Source of the DNA: Octopus vulgaris
Taxonomy: Eukaryota
Direction of reading: 5' to 3'
Length of the DNA stretch: 64,000 bases
Assembly (NCBI GenBank): GCA_951406725.2
Contig: OX597825.1
Span: 42,160,001 to 42,224,000, forward strand
A model generated the notes under the pieces. That model did no database searches. It was given only the letters and a program-made list of their open reading frames with translations, and was not told the DNA's origin. The translations under genes and the position numbers were made by a program. This document shows, piece by piece, positions 39,880 through 52,450 of this stretch (positions are counted from its first letter, which is position 1; each line of letters starts with the position of its first letter).

Positions 39880-40150
39880 ATATTTGTGCTCACACTCTTT
39901 TGCCAGATTACAGTTGTCTCCCGTGCCACCCACACCTCCAACCAGTTCCTTCCCTCCAATCAATACGACAGGCAGTAACCGTTAATTCAGACACATATTT
40001 TTCTCTCCATTTTTTCTCTCTCTCCATCTGTCCTCTTTCCTTATTCCTTTCTTTAGAAATGTGTAGGCTTGAAGAAGTTAAGATTTCTTCCATTTATCCT
40101 GAGCATTAAACTAGTACACTCAGTTTGTTTGTTCTTTCATCTGCTTGTGC
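39880..40150 (+). mobile_element. Penelope-like 3'/pseudo-LTR remnant
   Basis: Pyrimidine-rich segment then gtgtaggcttgaag..ttcctgagcattaaact, resembling a decayed hammerhead-bearing terminal repeat. Confidence 0.3.
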
Positions 40151-40402
40151 ATTTTTTTATATATTTTGTATAAATTTTGTATATTTTGAGCCATGTTTGA
40201 TCACCAGGCACGGTCCCAGGAATTTTTGAAGGGAGAACACAAGGTCAAAAGGGAATACAATTCCAAGAGAAAAAGGCATAATAACATTATTTAGAAGGGT
40301 ACACCTCTTTTCTTGAGGTGGGATGTGTCCCTCAGGTCCCACCTTGGTCCGCCCCTGATCTCTGCCTCTGAAAAATATATATATACATAAATATATACAT
40401 AC

Positions 40403-40487
<85 letters not shown>

Positions 40488-40549
40488 TAGATATATATAT
40501 ATATCATATTATATATATATATATATAATATTATATATATATATATATC

Positions 40550-40595
<46 letters not shown>

Positions 40596-40597
<2 letters not shown>

Positions 40598-40928
40598 GGC
40601 GCATGGCTCAGTGGTTAGAGCGTCGAGCTTACGATCGTGAGGTTGTGAGCTCGAATCCCGGACCGGGCTGCGTGTTGTGTTCTTGAGCAAGGCACTTTAT
40701 TTCACGTTGCTCCAGTTCACTCAGCTGTAGAAATGAGTTGCGACGTCACTGGTGCCAAGCTGTATCGACCTTTGTCTTTCCCATGGATAACACTGGTGGC
40801 GTGGAGAGGGAGGCTGGTATGCATGGGCGACTGCTGGTCTTCCATAAACAACCTTGCCCGGACTTGTGTCTAGGAGGGTAACTTTCTAGGTGCAATCCCA
40901 TGGTCATTCATGACCGAAGGGGTCTTTA
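40596..40928 (+). mobile_element. Young tRNA-derived CORE-type SINE (OR2-like)
   Basis: A box tggctcagtgg, B-box-like gagctcgaatccc, CORE-like tgtgttcttgagcaaggcacttta..cagctgtagaaatg; CpGs largely intact. Confidence 0.85.
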
Positions 40929-40952
40929 TATATAATATTATATATATATATA

Positions 40953-41064
<112 letters not shown>

Positions 41065-41139
41065 TATATAGATATATATATATTATATATAGATATATAT
41101 AATATTATATATATATATATAATATTATATATATATATA

Positions 41140-41237
<98 letters not shown>

Positions 41238-41263
41238 TATATATATATATAATATTATATATA

Positions 41264-41391
41264 AAAGACCCCCTTCGGTCATGAATGACCATGGGATTGC
41301 ACCTAGAAAGTTACCCTCCTAGACACAAGTCCGGGCAAGGTTGTTTATGGAAGACCAGCAGTCGCCCATGCATACCAGCCTCCCTCTCCAC
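41264..41391 (-). repeat. Inverted copy of SINE 3' end (40801-40928)
   Basis: Reverse complement identical apart from homopolymer length. Confidence 0.95.
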
Positions 41392-41467
41392 TCATATATA
41401 TTACATATATATATTACATATATATATGTAATATTATATATATAGATATATATAATATATATATATA

Positions 41468-41513
<46 letters not shown>

Positions 41514-41749
41514 TATATATATATATAATATTATATATATATATGTAATATTATATATATAGATATATATAATATTATATATATATATATATATTATATA
41601 TATAGATATATATAATATTATATATATAGATATATATAATATTATATATATAGATATATATAATATTATATATATATATATATAATATTATATATATATA
41701 TATATAATATATATATATATATAATATTTAACCCATTCATATTCTCCCT

Positions 41750-41935
41750 TCTCTGTTTTTTTCTTCTTCTTCCTGTTCTTCTTCATCATCATCATTATCA
41801 TCATCATCGTCGTCATAATCATCACCACCATCACCATCATCTTCTCCTTCTCCTTCTTCTTCTTCATCATCATCAACATCGTCATCTTCTTCTTCTTCTT
41901 CTTCTTCTTCTTCTTCTTCTTCTTCTCCACCTTCT
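41750..41935. repeat. (CTT)/(CAT) trinucleotide microsatellite
   Basis: Direct inspection. Confidence 0.9.
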
Positions 41936-42280
41936 ACCCCTTAACTTTGTCACTAATGTTTTTTAGTATAACACCTATGCAAATTCTATAAACAAGCCTT
42001 TCAATAGAAATATTCTCCTGAATTGAACTGCGACTGCCAGCCGCCACTGACCATTCAAAATACGACCATCAGGGCACTCCCAGATTCTTCCACCCCCTTT
42101 CCTCATCAGCCTTCTTCCTCTACTACCCTACCAAGAACTCACAACGACCTCCAACACACAAGTGCAAACAAGGGAGTCAGAGAAAGGCAGAATGCCACTT
42201 ATATCTGAACACTACTATAGAAATATTCCTTTAAAAAAACTTTTCTTCTAATTTTTCTAAATTTTATTATTTAATCGTTA

Positions 42281-42318
42281 CAGTTGAAAAGGTCTCAAAA
42301 TGACCGAAACCGGTACTG
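42281..42318 (+). ncRNA. Decayed minimal type-I hammerhead ribozyme motif (Penelope-type)
   Basis: cag-TTGAAAA-ggtc(tcaaaat)gacc-GAAA-ccgg-TA-ctg: stems I and II, palindromic accggt helix III, GUA site; two core substitutions versus CUGANGA. Confidence 0.5.
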
Positions 42319-42432
42319 AAATGTTCACTATAAAATTATTTTAGCATTTTCTATTTTTGACTTGTTTTTTCATATATATCAACTCGTGTGTTCCTTTTCA
42401 CCCTTATACATAATATTATATATATATATATA

Positions 42433-42482
<50 letters not shown>

Positions 42483-42541
42483 TATTATATATATATATAT
42501 ATATATAATATCATATATATATATATATATAATATTATATA

Positions 42542-42572
<31 letters not shown>

Positions 42573-42629
42573 ATATATGTAACAATGATAAATATCAAAG
42601 TGAGTTATATACAGTAGCGGTAACACAAC

Positions 42630-42780
42630 GTGACGTATATTTGCCATCTCAATATGGCTACTGACAGGACACAGAAAGTGTGTCTATGGCCAGCTGGAGG
42701 AGTGTGTCCTCCTGGGGCTAAAAACTACAGTAGCATCCACCCTTAGGGGTAGCCATATTGAGATGGCAAATATACGTCAC
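42630..42780. repeat. Perfect 32-bp inverted repeat with 87-bp spacer
   Basis: gtgacgtatatttgccatctcaatatggctac (42630-61) / gtagccatattgagatggcaaatatacgtcac (42749-80). Confidence 0.95.
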
Positions 42781-42814
42781 ATTATATATGTATATATATA
42801 TATATAATATATTA

Positions 42815-42858
<44 letters not shown>

Positions 42859-43127
42859 TATATATGTATATATATATATAATATATTATATACATATACA
42901 CACACACACACATATAGTATAATTAAGATTCGGTTGAATATCAGGTGGATATCAAACTGTGCAGAATTGTTTGCACTTGATATTCTTGCAGTGTATGCAG
43001 ATAACACGACCCAACTGAGTGAAGGGATCCGTTCTTGGTTGTTCAGACAGATACTTTATATAAAAAGGCAAACATACTTTCTATTGAATTTCTGAAGTGC
43101 AGATTCCAGGGTTAAGTGAATAAAATA

Positions 43128-43497
43128 TGAGTAACAAAGATGTACAGGTGTCAATTCATTATGGCCATTTCAAGCGACTCTGTTAATTGATTAATGGAAA
43201 CATTACATCAATGCAAAGAAACCGTTTTTGTCAGATGACCACACAGACTTCCTAACACAAAGGAGAAAACAACTTCTTTAATACATTCACCAATGGAGCT
43301 CAAATATTTACATTGATTCTACTACTGTAAGTTTGGTGAATATGTTAAAGCAGTTGGTTTTACGTTTGTGTTTGAAGTCTATGCACTCATCTGACAAAAA
43401 TGGTTTCTTTGCAATGTCATAATGTTTTCATTAATCAATAAAAGGTGTCGCTTGAAACGGGTGTAATGAATTGACACCTGTACGTATTTGTTACTCA
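43128..43497. mobile_element. Long palindromic MITE (Tc1/pogo-like ta-caggtg..cacctg-ta core)
   Basis: Imperfect inverted arms of more than 120 bp: tacaggtgtcaattcatta / taatgaattgacacctgta, tgcaaagaaaccgtttttgtcagatga / tcatctgacaaaaatggtttctttgca. Confidence 0.8.
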
Positions 43498-43673
43498 AAC
43501 ATAATAAATAACAATAGGGTAATAAGAAATTATTATTACCAGTGGCCTAACACAAAAACGAATTTATATATATTATTCTATATATTATTCACATAGAAAT
43601 ACAATAAGAGGCTTCCAAATAGGAAAGCCTTGTGCTAGAAAGAGCAGTAGAAAACTCAAACCACCTCTTATTG

Positions 43674-43744
<71 letters not shown>

Positions 43745-43745
43745 A

Positions 43746-44990
43746 CGAGGGTGGATCAAAAAGTTACAGAATTTTTTAATTGCAGTAAAATTATCAAGTT
43801 AAAACATGTCAGAACACTTCACTGGGTGTTCACCTTGCTTTTAGTTACCTGCAATCAGTTTCATGCAAGCCTCTGTATTGTTCAGACTCTCTAAAAGAGA
43901 AGCTACTTTTTCGACCATGGAAAACAGATATTTCGAGATAAGGTCGTATATAAAATATTTGGTAAAACTCGAATGGAAAGAAACACAGATCATTGAGGCT
44001 TTGGAAAAAGTTTGTGGAACTCGTGCTCTAAAAACGACTACAGTCTACAAGTGGATTCAGCGATTCAAAGAAGGAAGAGACGACTTTGAAGACGACTCTC
44101 GCTTGGGAAGACCAGGAACCTCAAAAAAAGGACAAAAACATCGAGGCTGCTCGGAATTTAATTGAAGAAGATCGGCGAATAACTGTCAATCAGATAGCTA
44201 CGTCCCTAGATATTTCCTATGGGTCGGCAAATTCAATTCTTCATGATAATTTGGGACTGTGCAAGCTTTCAGCACAATGGATCCCAAAAGCATTGCGGCC
44301 TGATCAACAGAATCTTCGAAGTGATCTCTCCCTAACATTATTGAACAAAATTGAAGCAGACGAAGAGCAATTTCTGGTGAAAATTATCACCGGAGATGAA
44401 ACTTGGATTTACCAGTATAATCCTGAGTAAAAAAAAAACAGTCAAAGCAATGGCTCCCACGTGGATCTTCAGGACCCATCAAGTTCAAACCTCAAAAGCC
44501 GGCTCAAAAAGTGATGACCACGGTTTTCTGGGATTCAGAGGGTGTGACACTGATAGATTACCTTGAAAATCAAAAAACAGTAACAGGAGCTTACTATGCT
44601 CAGGTTTTAAGGAAGCAAAAGGACGCTTTGATTAAAAAACGTAAAGGGAAACTTCATGGTGGGTTCCTGTTTCATCATGACAATGCACCAGCGCATTCTT
44701 CGAGGGTTGCGCAAGATGTCCTTCAAGAATTTCGATGGGAAGTGCTTCCTCACCCACCATATAGTCCCGATTTAGCTCCATTAGACTTCTTCCTTTTTCG
44801 AAAACTCAAAGAAATCCTCAAAGGAACCCATTTTGATGACATAGAAGAAGCAAAACACTGTGCCCCTACTTGGCTCCGAAAACGTCCTCCAGAATTCTTC
44901 AAAGACGGTCTTCGAACCTGGAAACATCAACTTGAGAAGTGCATTGACCTGAATGACAACTATGTTGAGAAATAAGCACATGTATATATG
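43746..44990 (+). mobile_element. Mariner DNA transposon, right TIR not found
   Basis: ta+cgagggtggatcaaaaagtt left end next to (TA)n; transposase follows. Confidence 0.92.
43917..44975 (+). pseudogene. Mariner D,D34D-type transposase pseudogene
   Basis: VYKWIQRFKEGR..GRP, WIPKAL, ITGDETWIY, HHDNAPAH, HPPYSPDLAPLDFFLF; breaks at A-runs near 44125 and 44430. Confidence 0.93.
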
Positions 44991-45084
44991 TTGTTTTTGG
45001 AAAATAAATTAATCCATACCCATCAAGATAAAGAGGCTCACTCTCTTACAATAGATTTAATTTTTGGGCACAAGATTGTCATTA

Positions 45085-45140
<56 letters not shown>

Positions 45141-45149
45141 GCACAATTA

Positions 45150-45322
45150 TACAGGTGCAAGCATGGCTGAGTAGTAAGAAGTTTGCTTCCCAATCACTTG
45201 GTTCCGGGTTCAGTCCCACTATGTGGTGACTTGGGCAAATATCTTCTACTATAGCCTTGGGCTGACCAATGCCTTGTGAGTTGATTTGGTAGACAGAAAC
45301 TGAAAGAAGCTTGTCGTATACA

Positions 45323-45360
<38 letters not shown>
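45150..45360 (+). mobile_element. tRNA-derived SINE head with (TG)n
   Basis: ggctgagtagtaagaagtttgc..ggttccgggttcagtcccact..cttgggcaa..gaaactgaaagaagc. Confidence 0.8.
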
Positions 45361-48305
45361 GGTATATATGTATATATACATATACACATTTATATATAAA
45401 CTGTAATTTCATTATATTGTTGCCCCTTACTTTGACATATGAAATCTTCTTGCTCACTAATATATATATTTATGAATATTTGTAATATTTGTACACACAC
45501 ACACATCTTATTTAAATTGTTAAGTAATTTCTTCAGCAATAAATGAGTTTTATCCATCTGCATTCTTTCTTTGAGAAGCGTCTTCTTCTATGGCCTCAGC
45601 TGTGTACAAGCCTTGGAAGGGAATCTGGGTAGATAGCAACTATGTGAATACCCTGTTGAATTGACTATAGCTATAATTCAAAAAGGTAGCATTGTTAAAC
45701 TGTTTACAGTATAATCAGTTGCTTACACTCAAATACAATATGTAGATATTTCCCAACAAACTGCACATTTTGCCCATTTTCTTGATCCAAAAGTAGGTTT
45801 ACAGTTATTCAACTATCTCTTTCCCATTCATATATTAACAATTTAGATCTTAATTATAAAAAAATATGAAACCATTATTCTATGCTAATTTAGTTAATTG
45901 TAAGATAGAAATTTAAATGTAATAAAATATTTTAAAAGAAATTTAAAGTGCCTACATGATAACTGTAAACCTACTTTGGGGCCACCCTGTATATGCTTTC
46001 TGTTTTCTGAGTATCTCTGTTCCACTATTTTTCTCTTGTCCATTTACTTCATCAAACCTGTCCCTCCCTAAATCTCTCATTTTACCTTTCCACCGTATCA
46101 TTCCTACTACTGCTGTCCATTTTCCACTGCAGCTGTCTTATTCCTACCACTGCTTGACAAGTTCCACCATTACTGTCTTTATCCCAGCACAGTAGCACAT
46201 TGTACATGTGCTGCTTAAGGTGGCCCTTCTGTTTACCACCCCCAGACCCCACAGAAAACATATTGCCTACAGCAGATTCAAAAGGGCTGCCCCTTTAAAA
46301 GTGGCACCCAGGACAGACCGCCCCTACCTCCCCCAACCCTAGCTATGCTAGTGATTGTAAGGTATGCAGTATATACTGATTCCACTATGTCAGTCTTATT
46401 ACATGTGTCCTTACTTCGTTTTTGTCTTCCCCACCCACTTTCTTCTGTCTAGTCCTCAATATTACTGTTTCCCTACTCTAGTACCATACAGTTCATTTCT
46501 TTATGTCAGTTATCTTTGTCACACATATTAATGTCTATTTTTTCAAATATCATTTTTGTTAGAATGTAGGGAGGAACATTATTAAACATTATTGTTGTTT
46601 AATATCTCCAAGTTTCTCTCTGCCTCTCTTCCCCTCTCCCTTTCCCTCTCTCTCCCTCTCATCAACATGTCGTCATTCTCCTCACCTTCAGTGATAATTA
46701 TATTCATTTATCTATTAGTCTAAATATTGTTTGGTTCGTATATGTATACATTTATTTGAGTGATGCTGTTCCATAAAAGTAGTGAATCTGCTATAATTGA
46801 ATGATACATTTGTAACTTCAGTACCCACTGTGTGTTTCAATGTATGCACAAAGGCCCGTAAAGGTAAAACTAAGCAGTAAATATGAATATAAAAGACATG
46901 TGTGTTCATTTATATAAGCTCAAATCTATCTTCTTTAGAAAATTGTTAGTGGATAGGAAAGACAGAGTGAGATTCTCTTGGTGACCAGTTTTTCTTTTCA
47001 TTTCAAGTACAGGAGAATATATGGTAATGTGTTGAAATATGGTCTTGTTAATTCTAAGAATGCAAATGTTTTGTGAAAGATAAGGCTGAGAAAATTGTTT
47101 TATATGTTTTCAAGAGAGTTAGTTCTAGAATGTGTATAGCTGGTTTAAAAAAATAGAACATACTTTCAGTTCAAGTGTTTTTTTAAGAAAAATTAATATT
47201 AAATTGTAAGTCTAAAGATGATGCCTTTATCTTCATATAAAATCATCAAAAGTCTTGAACATCATTGTATAAATTTTGTTGATGTAAATCATCACCAATT
47301 TCTTTGAACTTTGCTTTATGCCTATTTACAGCTTGGTGGATTATGCCAGCATAAATTAAGCATCTCAGTCTCAGACACAATCTTATATAATAATCTACTA
47401 ATTATACAGAATTTGCCCAGAGCAAATAAATATATTGCTGACAATATCAATTGGAACTATTAACTAATACATTAATTAGTTAAACTTGCACAACAATTCA
47501 ATGTAACAGTCACATTGTTCTATCTATACATTATTTCTATAAACTGAAAGCCATTGACATAAACAATCTTAATTATAATTAGCACATCAAATTTAATTAT
47601 TATTTGCAAATTAGTCCTTGTATAGAGTTTCACCCAGTTGATATATTTACATGTATCTCAGCAGTTAAATGTTTTAAGTTTAAAACATGTCTCTAGAAAC
47701 AAAGTGGTTTCTACATTTTTTTTCTATTATTTAGTCAGAGGAGAAGTTGTGTCTGTGATATTTCTAAGACAAATAAATGTAACCTGCTCAGTCTTCTGAA
47801 AACTGGTATCTCTAGAGACAGTCAATAAAATAGCCTTCATGCAGTTGCTTGATCTTCTTGAAATAGTTGCTAAATCATCTGCAAATGACCTCCTACTGTC
47901 TTAAAAGAAGGAAAGAACTCTTTGCAAACCTTTAAAAATTAGAATGCTTTTGATTATGTGCTTAGTTTATTACAGCTTATCTGGGGCTAAACAACAACTG
48001 CATGGATAAAGTAAATATTCTATACAACTGCATTTCTGGAGGGAAAGCTTTGAGTAGTACTTGTAAAAATACATGACAGGGATGGTGAATAGAGGGAAGA
48101 GGATGTATCAGATAAGCTTGGACAGAGATATTATTTAGCTTACTAGTCTAATGAAATAGAGACTCTTATGTTTTTAGGTGTTATTATTTAGCCCCAGGTC
48201 ATCATTAATCATGTAGACCTATGGATAAAGGCATTCCCATCATAACCATTCTATCTTTTGGTTTCAGATATAGTATAATATAGTAAAATTTTGGTTTTAG
48301 ATATA

Positions 48306-48372
<67 letters not shown>

Positions 48373-48373
48373 C

Positions 48374-48561
48374 ACATATAAGAGGGATGACCTGGAAGTG
48401 GACATCCATTATGCTAGAAGAAGATCCGCTATGGTCTTACCACTAAGAAAGGAATGTTCTCAAGAATGTTCTTGAGAACATTCCTTTCTTAGTGGTAAGA
48501 CCATAGCAGATCTTCTTCTAGCATAATGGATGTCCACTTCCAGGTCATTCCTCTTATATGT
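48374..48561. repeat. Near-perfect 188-bp palindrome
   Basis: 93-bp arms, 2 mismatches, 2-nt centre (48467-68), directly after (TA)n. Confidence 0.97.
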
Positions 48562-49407
48562 ATGTAATATGATTTTTTCTGAAACTTCAGATTTTTTAAT
48601 ATGCTAGACCACTGGTTTTAAATTGATATTAATCAAATTAATATTCAATTTTTCACCCTTATTATTTTAAACATATATATATATATATATACTGTTGTAT
48701 CTGAGAAGAGTTATTTCCTTTTTGTGTTTTATAATTTAACACACTCACTGGTAAAATTTCCACTTATCTCTTATTTTTATTTTCGTTGCATCTTGCAACC
48801 TTTTCAATAGTTTTGACCCTGTCTGTTATTTACACTGCATTCCTTTTTTGTTTGTTTGTGCACATGTGTGTGGGTCAGTGTGTGTGTGTGTGTGTGTGCC
48901 TATGCATGCATATATGTATGTATGCATGCATACATACATACATACATACATACATACATACAGAATAAAGGGGCTTTTGTTAGCTTATCTCTCTGAAGAA
49001 ATAGCTCCCTTTGCTGTTGAATAACATAAACTCACAGAGAGGAAGTTTCAACGTCTTCCTTTAATTTCCTTACACCATTTATGTGGCTGTTTCTGACAAG
49101 AAATTTTGCTTTCATGTAAAACAACTATAATTTGTAGTCATTATCCATAATCGACTCCCAAAACACTTCAGTAACTCTACTTTGAATCTCTACATTGCTT
49201 GCAAACTTATGTGTTCTATGATCATTAAAGTGCAATGACATCCACAATAACCTGCGTTCAATTTGATTTTCCATTCCTAGGTTAATTGTAAACATAGATT
49301 GCAGTGTGACTCATAAACCTTCTCAATAGTTCAATTATTTGGTGAAAAAAATACCACCAAAGCAAGTTACACCATCCAAAAGATGGGTACATTTGCTAGT
49401 ACTCTTT

Positions 49408-49609
49408 ACTCTTTTACTTGTTTCAGTCATTTGACTGTGGCCATGCTGGAGCACCACCTTTAGTTGAGCAAATCGACCCCAGAACTTATTCTTTGTAAGC
49501 CTAGTACTTATTCTATCGGTCTCTTTTGCCGATCTGCTAAGTTACGGGGACGTAAACACGCCAACATCAGTTGTCAAGCAATGTTGGGGGAACAAACACA
49601 AACACACAA

Positions 49610-49666
<57 letters not shown>

Positions 49667-49840
49667 CATACATATATACGATGGGTTTCTTTCAGTTTCC
49701 ATCTACCAAATCCACTTACAAGTCTTTGGTCAGCCTGAGACTATAGTAGAAGACACTTGCCCAAGGTGCCACACAGTGGGACTGAACCTAGAACCATGCA
49801 GTTGGTAAGCAAGCTACTTACCACACAGCCGCTCTTGCGT
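49408..49840 (-). mobile_element. Bipartite tRNA-derived SINE with internal (CA)/(TA) tract, well preserved
   Basis: ttttacttgtttcagtcatttgactgtggccatgctggagcacc..tcgaccccag..gctaagttacggggacg..(CA)n..cttaccacacagcc. Confidence 0.88.
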
Positions 49841-50519
49841 ATATATATAAATATATATCTTAATGCTTGTTTTTATGTTGTAAAATGTAAGTACATTAAT
49901 TACTAACAATATCTTTATGGCCAGAAAAGAGCAATCACTTGTACTAATCTTAATCTTGTTTTGGGATTTCATCAGGGATCAAGAATCCTCGTTAACTGTT
50001 CACAGAGACACTGCTTGTAAATCCACTACTAGTAAGGGTTCAAATAAATCAGATACGAGGATTTGAATATATGACTTTTCTGCCATCTACAAAATATTCT
50101 TTCTGCTTCAATATTTTACTGTATCAGTTGTATCTTGCCATCGTTAATGAGGGAATTACAGAGAATGATAGCCTCAGGAATTTAAGATATGAAATAATAT
50201 TTAGTGCATGATATGTGAGTTGAGAAAGATTACAGCCAATGAAAGTAAGTGATGTGTATGAGGTATGCAGCTTACTCATTTAAAATCATGGAAGTCATTG
50301 TATGCGTAGTAGAAGAGCTATGGAGAAGAAGAAAATGAACTTCTTTGGGGGCAATGTGTTTAATGAATTGATGAGTGTATCTTGCCAATCATTCAGAATA
50401 TCTCTTGCTTTATGTTGTCCAAGATAGCGGTATCAGTCATACAGCCTACAGGCCTTACCTAGCTTACTGCAATGCTTAGTCTCACCCCTAGTTAAATATC
50501 ATAAAAACTTTATTGCCTG

Positions 50520-50677
50520 ACCCTATGATAAGAAGCTCGCTTCCCAAGCACATTGTTCTGTGTTCAGTCCCACTAAGTGGCACCTTGGACAAGCTTCTTA
50601 TAATATAGCTTCAGACCAACCAATACCTTGTGAGTGGATTTGTTAGACAGAAAATGATAGAAGCCCATTGTATACAT

Positions 50678-50728
<51 letters not shown>

Positions 50729-50892
50729 TGTGCATATGTGTGTGTGTGTGTCTTTGTGTTGGTGTGTCTACATCCTATAACTTAATGGTTCAGCAAAAGT
50801 ACTGGGGTCAATTAATGTGACTAAAATTTCTTCTAGGGAGTACCCCCCCCCCCCCCAGTATGGCCACAATCTATAACTGAAACAAATAAAAA
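50520..50892 (+). mobile_element. Bipartite tRNA-derived SINE, decayed
   Basis: gttcagtcccact..caccttggacaag..(TA/TG)..ctggggtcaa..gtatggccaca..actgaaacaa. Confidence 0.75.
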
Positions 50893-51049
50893 ATAATTAG
50901 GTTGTTATGAAACTGTATTATTTAATGATTCAATCCGGCCTATAAAATTAGATTGTCACTCCAGACCAAGAACACTGTGCATGTATGTAGTCGCAGTTGA
51001 AACCCAGATAAACAAGTAGTCATCTATTGTAGGTCACTTGAGATTTCTA

Positions 51050-52450
51050 AAGAAAAGTTTAGCATATGACTACTGTTAAACTATTTATTAGCTCTAAAAA
51101 AGAAGCCACAGTTGTTGGATGCAGTTTTGATAACATTTAATATGTTTCAAATGAGTGGTCATTGGAGATAATGAAATTTAGCATTTGAGTGTATTTTAGA
51201 TTTTAATCTAAATCTTAAGTTTATCCAAAGCTGATGCAATATGGGCAGGGAGGTTGTGTGTGTATACAAAAGACTGAAAAGCATTGACATAGTATATCTG
51301 ATACAAAAAATATGATATAGATGCAATTAGTTAAGAAATTTCCACATATGACCTAATAAAATGTTTTGCTATCGTTAAGGGTAACAGCATTGATTTTTAC
51401 CAAAATTCTAAGGGCAAAAGATACAATGTTAATGAACAAACTTCAGGTAGATCTAACTCTTCAAAAACTCTAATGGTTGTAATTAAGAAAATAAAGCAGA
51501 TTAGTATAAATGATGTTTCTATCATCTTTGAGATGTAGGATGTAATTGGAAGTAATGTAAGTTTCAGTTCTTAGCATTAAATGACAAAGTGGTGTGTTTC
51601 CATAGATTGGGATTGACCCCTGTAGAAAGAGAAATATTAAAGGGTTCAGTGAAGATAAGAGTTTGTTTTGGAGTGTACTTAATGACAGAACCAGAATAAT
51701 TGCATTAAAGGTGGGGTGTTAGGATGTAGCAAGAGCCATAAAGGCTAAAGGGAACAGGGCAGAGTTATGTTCCTTCATTCTGTCGTCAGTAGGTGGCACT
51801 TCATCAGCACTTCCACTAAGAAGGTATAAAATCCCGAGTCCTCCTCTTTTTCTGTTCCCCTTTCTGTAGAGGTAACTTATCAACTGCCACACACAGCTAG
51901 GATGGCTAACTCTCATTTACTCCTGGCCATGACACCTACCACGCTATGTAACTAGAGCAATACTTGCTCTCTATTCTTTCGGCATGAACCTTTAACCCTC
52001 AACAACTACTGGCTTAACTACTAGCCACACCAACTGACTAAATTCAATAACGAGAGAACAAACAGTTTGTACACCTTTTATATTATTTTGCATGCACCTT
52101 TATAAAACATAATGATATAAAACTTGTTACACGGCCTTGTCTGAACATTGTCACATATCCATGCATGCAGTACAACACTAAACAAATGAACCAGACTAAT
52201 GCTTGACTCCATCCTAAAAGGTAATATGTTTACACTTGGTTAGTGTTTGTATGGCAAGATAGATTCAGTGAAGTAGGAAAGTTTAGTAGTTTTGTTGTCT
52301 GTCATAATGTGAAGTTAGAAATGTCATAACTTTATTTTTGGTTGAAGGTTGGGAAAAAATTTGGCAGTTAATAAACCAGAGAGTACAGCTGAAATTTGAT
52401 TGGTGAGAAAGATCGCATTATGCCCAATGCACAAAATAATTCTAAATTAT
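51050..52450 (-). mobile_element. Very old L2/Jockey-like RT relic with a GC-richer insert at about 51718-52130
   Basis: LQGSI (PQGS-like, ~51620), IASALDKLK (~51225); weak. Confidence 0.25.

Noticed and set aside
40596-40670. tRNA gene
   Set aside because: tRNA-like head continues into a SINE body; no proper acceptor stem or terminator
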